Virus record (IMG/VR): IMGVR_UViG_3300020045_008503
Span: 1 to 26,355 of that record
DNA: 26,355 nt
Source: a virus
Lineage: Duplodnaviria; Caudoviricetes
Reading direction: 5' to 3' (one strand)
The position numbers and the translations under genes are program-made. Below are positions 16,157-22,441 of this stretch, in pieces (the first letter of the stretch is position 1; each line of letters starts with the position of its first letter). The notes below the pieces were generated by a model, which was given only the letters and a program-made list of their open reading frames with translations, was not told the origin of the DNA and made no database searches.

Positions 16157-16357
16157 TTACTTGTGTTGCCATTCTTCTCTACCGCAAAAACTACACTTAG
16201 CGTGTGGCTTATTCAATGTACCTTGAAATGAACTGCATATAACAACCGTTTGGCTCAATTGTTGGTCTTTTTTTACCGTTTGCTTTTTCGAACGGTAATT
16301 ATGGGTAATAAACTTTCCGTTTTCGTCGGAACCAAGTATCAGTATTTTTTTCATCAC
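16157..16357 (-). CDS. Hypothetical protein with C-terminal CxxC (cassette 3)
   Basis: 66 aa; starts within attC 3 and reads through its AAC arm; ends KCSFCGREEWQHK. Confidence 0.55.
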   Translation of the reverse strand: MMKKILILGSDENGKFITHNYRSKKQTVKKDQQLSQTVVICSSFQGTLNKPHAKCSFCGREEWQHK

Positions 16358-16434
16358 GTTTAATGTTTTTTGTTAATAGAAAATAATCAGTTCGCTGGCT
16401 TCACAACTGCGCCAAGCGGCGGGCGTTATAAGTA
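16234..16434 (+). repeat. attC-like site 3 (long)
   Basis: TGCATATAAC-AACCGTTTGGCTCAATTGT...ACAACTGCGCCAAGCGG-CGGGC-GTTATAAGTA; GTT at 16425. Confidence 0.85.
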
Positions 16435-16437
16435 ACT

Positions 16438-16644
16438 TTAACACGTAAGTGCTATTGATAAAAATTTATCGTTTGAAATTACTTCTCCAGTTTTTTTGTT
16501 TTGCCAATTTTGAGATATTAAAATATATTTTCCATATTCTCCTTTCCAAGTCCCACAAAAAACATATCCGTGACTTTCTAATCTCGGTGAATTTAACATA
16601 CATTTTATTCTCATTCCTATTTCTGGTGTTTTAAATGTTATCAT
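16438..16644 (-). CDS. Hypothetical protein (cassette 4)
   Basis: 68-aa ORF ending 13 nt from the GTT. Confidence 0.6.
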   Translation of the reverse strand: MITFKTPEIGMRIKCMLNSPRLESHGYVFCGTWKGEYGKYILISQNWQNKKTGEVISNDKFLSIALTC

Positions 16645-16801
16645 AATTATTTTTATTTTTTAATTGTTGTTTTAATATTCTTCTTGCTGATTTATTGCTT
16701 ATTGGTTCTGTCATCTCTTCCCACCAATTGCCAATTTTTAAAAAAGACTTTTTCCATTCTCCACAACCTTTTATGTTTTTTAATCTACCTAATGGTTTCA
16801 T
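16631..16801 (-). CDS. 56-aa hypothetical protein (cassette 4)
   Basis: MKPLGRLKNIKGCGEWKKSFLKIGNWWEEM...; own translation, overlaps the next start. Confidence 0.55.
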   Translation of the reverse strand: MKPLGRLKNIKGCGEWKKSFLKIGNWWEEMTEPISNKSARRILKQQLKNKNNYDNI

Positions 16802-16810
16802 AATAAAAGC

Positions 16811-16950
16811 TACTTATAACAGCAATTACACGCTATTGCTACATTGTGATTAATTTAGTGTTTGTTTTGTACCTTTCAATCCCGTGTTAAACTGAAAGAT
16901 TGTTTTGTGTTTTTACGCAACAGACGTGTAATTGCGAAACGTTATGCCTC
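16811..16950 (+). repeat. attC-like site 4
   Basis: TACTTATAAC-AGCAATTACACGCTATTGC...GCAACAGACGTGTAATTGC-GAAAC-GTTATGCCTC; GTT at 16941. Confidence 0.85.
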
Positions 16951-17187
16951 ATTGTGGAGGACACAACCAAAAGAGCTTTTTGTTTCGATACTATCTACAT
17001 AGCCACCATCCCAACCAGTTTTTAATTCTATTGTTATTTCGGTACTTATTTCGCTACAAAAACCATCGTTTACAGCACCTTCATAATCATAAAAAGTGTT
17101 TTGTTTCCAATGCTTACAAGTAGAACAACGAGGCATAACACTCGCTACAAGCAATGGCTTGTTTTCGTTTATTTCGTTTTTCATCAT
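16942..17187 (-). CDS. Cys-rich hypothetical protein (cassette 5)
   Basis: CSTCKHW...GFC...FGCVLH; starts inside attC 5; its TAA is the TTA of the GTTA crossover box. Confidence 0.7.
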   Translation of the reverse strand: MMKNEINENKPLLVASVMPRCSTCKHWKQNTFYDYEGAVNDGFCSEISTEITIELKTGWDGGYVDSIETKSSFGCVLHNEA

Positions 17188-17257
17188 ATTTATTTTTTAA
17201 TTAGAAATTTTATCTTTCAACCCCGCCACTGCGTGTAGCGATATAACGTTAGGCGAT
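17130..17257 (+). repeat. attC-like site 5
   Basis: GAGGCATAAC-ACTCGCTACAAGCAATGGC...GCCACTGCGTGTAGCGA-TATAAC-GTTAGGCGAT; GTT at 17248. Confidence 0.85.
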
Positions 17258-17260
17258 ATT

Positions 17261-17485
17261 TTAAGAGCCGTACTTTAATATTATTTTTTTGGTTCTTTCC
17301 TCATCTGCCCAAAAGCAACCTACTTTATTTGTACGATTTTCAATTTCTTTTATAACTTTATTTGCTTTATCTTGTCTTGCCAACAACATACATTCTTCAA
17401 TAGCTAATAATTGATTACCTGTTAAATCTTCAAAGTTTTCTCCAAAATCTTTAAAAACTCTTTTAATTATAGTTTCGTTTTTCAT
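17261..17485 (-). CDS. Hypothetical protein (cassette 6)
   Basis: 74-aa ORF, ATGA-coupled to the upstream methyltransferase-like gene. Confidence 0.65.
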   Translation of the reverse strand: MKNETIIKRVFKDFGENFEDLTGNQLLAIEECMLLARQDKANKVIKEIENRTNKVGCFWADEERTKKIILKYGS

Positions 17486-18315
17486 TTTTTTATTCCTTTA
17501 TAAATAGTTTCTGATTTTTCAATTTTAAAATAAACCCTTGCTATGTTTCTCCAATCTTTCACATAAATCGGTATCAGAGTTTTTTTGTTTCGTTCTCCAA
17601 TCTTGATAATATGTTTTACTAAATTATCAGTTGTAAAATCTTCAAGTGTTTCAATTCCGTAATATCTACGCACAAAATCAAGCCTTTTAAATCTTTTGTG
17701 TCCAAGTTCTCCAAGTGTAATTACTAATCCTTTCTTTGCTATCTTTATTGCTAAATCAAAACAATCATAAGCACTTCCAAAAGGGTCTAAATCTACCAAG
17801 TCAAATCTACGTTTATCAATATACATTTGGCAAATAAAGTCTAATGCTTCTAAATGATATTCGGTATTTGACTTTTCGTTTTTATCATTGCTTATTACAT
17901 TATCGCAATTTAGTTTTTTGTAAACACTTGCAAATCCAGCATAAACATCAAGCACACTTTTAGGTTTAATTTCTTTTACAAAATCATAGTTTACTGCAAA
18001 CTTTTCTTCAAAGTGTCCTTGATTATAAGTCATTGATTTTTTACCTAATCGTTTTATTTTAATTGAAACTTGCGTAACATCTCTATCAATACACTCTGCA
18101 ATTTGCTTTGTATTAAACCCTTTTGCTTTAAGCATATTTACCCATTCAATTTCTTTTTCAGTCCATTTGCGTGGCTGAAATTTAGTTAATCCTCCGTTCT
18201 TTGTGTACTCTCCTTTATATTCGGAAGGCATCAAATAAGGATTAGAAAAAACATCGCCTAACAGCACATTGCCAAAAGTGGGGGTTTCATCTTTCAATTC
18301 AACTTTATCGTTCAT
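17482..18315 (-). CDS. HTH/Myb-like domain fused to a SAM-dependent methyltransferase fold (cassette 6)
   Basis: WTEKEIEWV...TKQIAECIDRDVTQV; VLDVYAG (motif I); FDLVDLDPFGS (motif IV). Confidence 0.7.
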   Translation of the reverse strand: MNDKVELKDETPTFGNVLLGDVFSNPYLMPSEYKGEYTKNGGLTKFQPRKWTEKEIEWVNMLKAKGFNTKQIAECIDRDVTQVSIKIKRLGKKSMTYNQGHFEEKFAVNYDFVKEIKPKSVLDVYAGFASVYKKLNCDNVISNDKNEKSNTEYHLEALDFICQMYIDKRRFDLVDLDPFGSAYDCFDLAIKIAKKGLVITLGELGHKRFKRLDFVRRYYGIETLEDFTTDNLVKHIIKIGERNKKTLIPIYVKDWRNIARVYFKIEKSETIYKGIKK

Positions 18316-18390
18316 ATCAAATTCAGTTTTTCAATTAAAGTTTAGTGGTATAAAGCCCCACCTTCGGCAATCTGCAAAACGTTATGGTTA
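18253..18390 (+). repeat. attC-like site 6
   Basis: ATCGCCTAAC-AGCACATTGCCAAAAGTGGGG...CCCCACCTTCGGCAATCTGC-AAAAC-GTTATGGTTA; GTT at 18381. Confidence 0.85.
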
Positions 18391-18603
18391 ATGCTTCGAT
18401 TGGTTTTCATAAGAACTTATATTTTTACTCATATTGAAATAAATAATTGTAAAAACTATTGCGCCAAATGTTATAATTCCCCAACCATCTATTTTATTTG
18501 GTGCTTTGTATGTTAATAATGCGGTTGCAAACCAACACATAATCGAACACCATTTCATTTGTCTTTTAAAGTTTTTTGCTTCTTTAATAAATTCTTCACT
18601 CAT
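18388..18603 (-). CDS. Small two-TM membrane protein (cassette 7)
   Basis: WCSIMCWFATALLTY and WGIITFGAIVFTIIYF hydrophobic segments. Confidence 0.65.
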   Translation of the reverse strand: MSEEFIKEAKNFKRQMKWCSIMCWFATALLTYKAPNKIDGWGIITFGAIVFTIIYFNMSKNISSYENQSKH

Positions 18604-18628
18604 TACTTTTTCGTTTTATGAACCGCAC

Positions 18629-18768
18629 TAACCATAACAAGTATTTGGCAAAAAAGCGGGTTCGGTTATTAATTTAAAGTTTGTTTTTTCTTTGTTAGTT
18701 TGGGTGCTTAATTGAAAGTTCTGGCATTTTTAACCACTTCTTCGCCAAGCACTCTAACGTTATATGCA
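18629..18768 (+). repeat. attC-like site 7
   Basis: TAACCATAAC-AAGTATTTGGCAAAAAAGCGG...CCACTTCTTCGCCAAGCACT-CTAAC-GTTATATGCA; GTT at 18759. Confidence 0.8.
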
Positions 18769-18772
18769 AGTG

Positions 18773-18979
18773 CTACATTATTACTAACGATTGAATTGAT
18801 TTCCTTAGCTCGAAATCGGGTACATCGTTAAATAATTGTTCTATAAAAACACTTGCATTTACTGTTGATGTATGTTTCCAACCATCATTTATCATTTTTT
18901 CGTGGTCAGGTTTTCCATGTTCAATATCAAGGATTTTTATTTTTCCGTCTTTAAAATATACAAATATTACATTATTCAT
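18773..18979 (-). CDS. Hypothetical protein (first gene after promoter D; possible eroded cassette)
   Basis: 68-aa ORF ending 14 nt from the last GTT box; no attC on its right. Confidence 0.65.
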   Translation of the reverse strand: MNNVIFVYFKDGKIKILDIEHGKPDHEKMINDGWKHTSTVNASVFIEQLFNDVPDFELRKSIQSLVIM

Positions 18980-19015
18980 TTTTATTCATTTTATCTATTA
19001 AAATTTATCTGAGTT

Positions 19016-19077
19016 CAAATATACAAAACATATAATAATTAGAAACTATTTTATTTCATTTTAACATATATTTAACA
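19016..19077 (-). promoter_or_regulatory. Conserved phage promoter, copy D, facing the cassette array
   Basis: Minus strand TGTTAAATATATGTTAAAATGAAAT...TATATTTG. Confidence 0.7.
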
Positions 19078-19088
19078 CTTGTAAGTAT

Positions 19089-19113
19089 AAAAAAACCACC
19101 AATTAAAGTGGTT
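19089..19113 (-). terminator. Rho-independent terminator ending the tail/lysis operon
   Basis: AACCAC/GTGGTT stem followed by a T run on the minus strand. Confidence 0.65.
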
Positions 19114-19166
19114 AAAATTCTGCAGGAGTTAATTTTTTCCCTTCATATAATTTCCAAGAAATCCAG

Positions 19167-19358
19167 TTAAATAATTTTTTCATCGATTATTTTTTTTATG
19201 ATTGCACATTCATGATACATTTCTGCTTCCAGAAACTTTGTTAGTAATAATGGTAAGTCTACAAATTCCATGCCTAAATAATCAATAAACGCTTCTTCCG
19301 TGTCGAATTGTTCACGTATACACTCTGCATTTGATAGGCTTAGGTATTTATACTCCAT
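19167..19358 (-). CDS. Hypothetical protein
   Basis: 63 aa; C-terminal EMYHECAIIK resembles a UVR-like helix. Confidence 0.6.
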   Translation of the reverse strand: MEYKYLSLSNAECIREQFDTEEAFIDYLGMEFVDLPLLLTKFLEAEMYHECAIIKKIIDEKII

Positions 19359-19364
19359 TTTATT

Positions 19365-19994
19365 TTAATTAAGTGTTTCAATTATCATGGTGCTTCCTGC
19401 ATTCATTTGAGCTGCACTTGATGCTACTTCAGTACCGTATTGCATTTGAAATACTCCACTTGTAATACATTCAAAAATCAATTCCCCATAAAAATAATGC
19501 GGTGAGTTAATTGTCGAAACTCCTGTAGAAGTTATAAAACTACCTGCTGTTGTATTTGTAGCATTTATAGCTCTTATAGTAATAGTCTGGTCTGTTGCTG
19601 CTGCTGATTGACCTATAGCCATAGTGATAAAACCTTTAATATTTCCAGTACCAGAGGGTAAAACAAAACCGATGCTTCCCCCAGTTGCTGTGGCTGCTGT
19701 TTGTTGGTCTCCTACTATCTTTATTGAATATTTTTTACCAGCAGTTACCGCAAAACTCATTCCTGTTACATTTGCCCTTGTGGTAGATGTAGATGAAAAA
19801 TTGCTAGCTAAAGACAAAACAGTTCTTTGTATTGCTCCAACTGTCGGAACTAAATCAAATGTCTGCAAATCATCTAATTCGTTTAAATAAAAAAGCTTTT
19901 TATCTTTAATATTAATAGCTATTTCTCCACGTACTAAATCAGCAGGTGTTACCCCTGTATCTACACTATTTTTTATTTTGACAATGTTTGCCAT
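19365..19994 (-). CDS. Putative tail fibre/appendage protein
   Basis: N-terminal PADLVRGEIAINIKDKKLFY fibre-anchor motif; Ser/Thr/Gly-rich beta C-terminus. Confidence 0.65.
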   Translation of the reverse strand: MANIVKIKNSVDTGVTPADLVRGEIAINIKDKKLFYLNELDDLQTFDLVPTVGAIQRTVLSLASNFSSTSTTRANVTGMSFAVTAGKKYSIKIVGDQQTAATATGGSIGFVLPSGTGNIKGFITMAIGQSAAATDQTITIRAINATNTTAGSFITSTGVSTINSPHYFYGELIFECITSGVFQMQYGTEVASSAAQMNAGSTMIIETLN

Positions 19995-19997
19995 AAT

Positions 19998-20441
19998 TTA
20001 AAATGTACCTCCGTCTATTATTGAGTTAGCATCTAATTTAGCAGCCAAAGCCGCTGTTATTGTACTTGCAAAATTAGGGTCATTGCCTAAAGCTGTAGCC
20101 AATTCATTCAAAGTGTCTAACGCTCCAGGAGCTGAATTGATTAAAGCATTAATTGCGGATGTAACTGAAGCATTTGTAGCATAACTAGCAGCTGCCACGC
20201 CTCCCAATTGTAAAGCGTTACTTGCGGTGTCTACCCTGCCTAAATTTCCAGTATCGTAAACACTTTTAAGCATGTCTCCACTTGCGCCACCTACTACAAA
20301 TGGTCCGACAATTGTCCCAGCATCTTTTTTAATATAAAATGCGTTGTCTGGAATAACAAAACACATCTCTCTAATGTTTAATTGCGCTAAACTTGGCGCT
20401 CCTGTAGTTGTTTTACCTTTAATTAAAATTTGATTTGCCAT
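19998..20441 (-). CDS. Putative tail fibre protein (short)
   Basis: APGALDTLNELATALGNDPNFA fibre motif, GDMLKSVYD and terminal IDGGTF. Confidence 0.75.
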   Translation of the reverse strand: MANQILIKGKTTTGAPSLAQLNIREMCFVIPDNAFYIKKDAGTIVGPFVVGGASGDMLKSVYDTGNLGRVDTASNALQLGGVAAASYATNASVTSAINALINSAPGALDTLNELATALGNDPNFASTITAALAAKLDANSIIDGGTF

Positions 20442-20451
20442 TTTTTTTATG

Positions 20452-20694
20452 TTAATAGATTAATCCTCCGTCTATGTTTTTCTGTGTCTCTAAATATTCT
20501 TGAGGTGTCCCTCTGAATCCTGCCTGTACTGCTAAAGAATAAAACGATTTTCCTGTTTGTCCTGGAATAGCAATATCTTGAACTTGCAAATCTATATTAT
20601 TTATAACTTCATCAATTGAAATAACAACCTCATTTGAATCGTCTGTAATTTGCAAAACAGGACTTAATATAGTTTCTTCAATTATTATACTCAT
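20452..20694 (-). CDS. Small virion-associated protein
   Basis: GKSFYSLAVQAGFRGTPQEYL motif seen in tail proteins; terminal IDGG. Confidence 0.55.
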   Translation of the reverse strand: MSIIIEETILSPVLQITDDSNEVVISIDEVINNIDLQVQDIAIPGQTGKSFYSLAVQAGFRGTPQEYLETQKNIDGGLIY

Positions 20695-20993
20695 ATGATT
20701 TGTAAATTAGCTTTAAAATAAGTTTCAACGGTCCCGTCTGGAAATGTTACTTTTAAAAAAGCAGAGTAATTACCTTGCTTTTGGTCTAACAATCGGCTTT
20801 TCATTTTTATAATAAAATCGCTAGTCCTTTCAAAAGTGTTATTTTCTGTAGACCAGAAAAATATTACACTACTTACTCCTAATCTAAATTGAAGCTCAAT
20901 TTTACAATCAGAAACATCAAAAGGAAAAGTAATATTTTTGGCGTTTAAAGTATTACCTCTTATATGTTGTTTTAAATTCCACGTTGGTATCAT
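20691..20993 (-). CDS. BppU-like Ig-fold virion protein
   Basis: RGNT..., GNY...LKVTFPDGTVETY pattern. Confidence 0.5.
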   Translation of the reverse strand: MIPTWNLKQHIRGNTLNAKNITFPFDVSDCKIELQFRLGVSSVIFFWSTENNTFERTSDFIIKMKSRLLDQKQGNYSAFLKVTFPDGTVETYFKANLQII

Positions 20994-21014
20994 GTTGTTT
21001 TATTTTTAATGCTA

Positions 21015-21536
21015 TTATCTAAATTTTATTTCGGCAGCGGTTAATTTTTTATCATAGCCTTTAATCCAGTAATTCACACCGTTATAGTAGTAAGCTACTT
21101 TTTTAGTGTCCCATTTTTTAACAGCATCAAAGAGTCTATTGTCGGTTTCAATAAATTTCAAACCTAGCCACAATTGATTCATTTCGGAATCCTTTGCAAA
21201 ATCCCACATTTGATTTACAGATTTAAAACCTAATCGTTTCCAATGAAATCCCATTACCTGCATACGACCCAAAGAAGTGCTTTCCATAGCTGCCTTTGGA
21301 TTTATTTTATAAGCCTGATTAAATGCCTCCCATTCTTTTGATTGAATATCAACTTTATTGTTTACTATCCTATTTGTAAATTTCTTAAACCAATGTGGTT
21401 CAAATTGTATTTTTATTTTTCTTGTAACAGGGTCGAATCCCTGCCCATTGCTTTCTACAAAATCAATAGCTTTTACTTTTGAAACTGCTATCCCAAATTC
21501 TAAAGCAAGGTTTTTATATTCGTTTTCTGTTATCAT
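21015..21536 (-). CDS. Endolysin, N-acetylmuramidase (DUF3380-like)
   Basis: AIDFVESNG, IQFEPHWF, STSLGRMQVMGFHW, YYNG and YDKKL motifs. Confidence 0.9.
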   Translation of the reverse strand: MITENEYKNLALEFGIAVSKVKAIDFVESNGQGFDPVTRKIKIQFEPHWFKKFTNRIVNNKVDIQSKEWEAFNQAYKINPKAAMESTSLGRMQVMGFHWKRLGFKSVNQMWDFAKDSEMNQLWLGLKFIETDNRLFDAVKKWDTKKVAYYYNGVNYWIKGYDKKLTAAEIKFR

Positions 21537-21835
21537 TTCTTATCGTTTAAAAATTCCTTATTAAAATCAACAAAAAACTTCTCATTATTCAATTTATATA
21601 TCTCCAACCTTTTTATCTCCCGATTTAATTTACTCATGTGGTAATAATTAATAATTCTAAAAATTAAATAGACCAATCCAGCCAAAGAAAAAAGAATCTT
21701 AATTATATTATCAACTTGAGTAAAGACTAAAGTAGTTCCAGAAGTTAACAGGGGTACAACTTCTATAACCGTCATGCTCCAAAAAGTCCCTAAAAATATA
21801 TCTATTAAATTTAAAAAAGTCTTAATCTGCTGCAT
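21533..21835 (-). CDS. Putative holin
   Basis: Two hydrophobic segments and a charged C-terminus; directly upstream of the endolysin. Confidence 0.55.
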   Translation of the reverse strand: MQQIKTFLNLIDIFLGTFWSMTVIEVVPLLTSGTTLVFTQVDNIIKILFSLAGLVYLIFRIINYYHMSKLNREIKRLEIYKLNNEKFFVDFNKEFLNDKK

Positions 21836-22161
21836 AATCTAAGGGTAATATATGTAAATAATAATTTAAGGGGCACAAAATAACTACAATCTATTAATCC
21901 TAAATGGATCAAATCAAAAGCATTTAATATAAACAAAAATAAGCAAATTTTTCGTATAGTAATATCTATTTTTACAAAAGCTAAATAATAAAATAAAATT
22001 CCAAATATTAAAATATTGGAGTAATCTTCTATTACATTACACAAAAATCGTTTTTTATCACTAAAAAGATACCAAGAAACACGTAAATCAGAGTTATAGA
22101 AAAGTGCCTTTGCTTCCGACAAAGGCACTAATATTAACAATAATAAGGGTTTACTTTTCAT
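21811..22161 (-). CDS. Multi-TM membrane protein (lysis region)
   Basis: Three to four hydrophobic segments. Confidence 0.6.
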   Translation of the reverse strand: MKSKPLLLLILVPLSEAKALFYNSDLRVSWYLFSDKKRFLCNVIEDYSNILIFGILFYYLAFVKIDITIRKICLFLFILNAFDLIHLGLIDCSYFVPLKLLFTYITLRLCSRLRLF

Positions 22162-22411
22162 CTTTTTTAGGTGGTATTTGCGTACCTCCTATTGATTGTA
22201 CCATGTCCTGTAGTCTCTCTGCGTTTTGCGTTGGCAAAGATTTTTTAGCTTTGACAATCCCATACAAAACAAACAAAGCTTTAATTACGTCCGCAGCCTT
22301 TCCACTTACTCCAATTAATCCCAATACAGGGTTGATTGCATCAAATCCCAAGTCCAATAACAATAACAATCCGCTAAGACCTACTAACCACCAATTTTTC
22401 AATGTTTTCAT
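22151..22411 (-). CDS. Small membrane protein, holin/antiholin candidate
   Basis: Two hydrophobic segments and a charged tail ending PPKKDEK. Confidence 0.55.
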   Translation of the reverse strand: MKTLKNWWLVGLSGLLLLLDLGFDAINPVLGLIGVSGKAADVIKALFVLYGIVKAKKSLPTQNAERLQDMVQSIGGTQIPPKKDEK

Positions 22412-22441
22412 AATCTATTTAATTTTAATTTATTTAACTTA

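Larger units (their letters stand above)
14045..18770 (+). mobile_element. Integron-like gene-cassette array: 7 cassettes (14046-14992, 14993-16145, 16146-16425, 16426-16941, 16942-17248, 17249-18381, 18382-18759), no integrase in window
   Basis: Seven attC-like palindromes in the same polarity; each unit's leading GTT-box is the reverse complement of its own trailing AAC-box. Confidence 0.85.

Noticed and set aside
16273-16298. TTACCGTT/AACGGTAA hairpin as an independent element
   Set aside because: It lies within the long loop of attC 3 and is best treated as part of that site's fold.
14862-18768. Repeats as a CRISPR array, REP/MITE elements or simple terminators
   Set aside because: Units are long and divergent, separated by whole genes, and lack U tracts or target-site duplications. 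The per-cassette end complementarity fits attC-type recombination instead.
18850-18862. CACTTGCATTTAC as the missing AAC box for an eighth cassette
   Set aside because: Partly complementary to GTTATATGCAAGTG at 18759, but it lacks the invariant AAC, lies mid-ORF and has no downstream palindrome.
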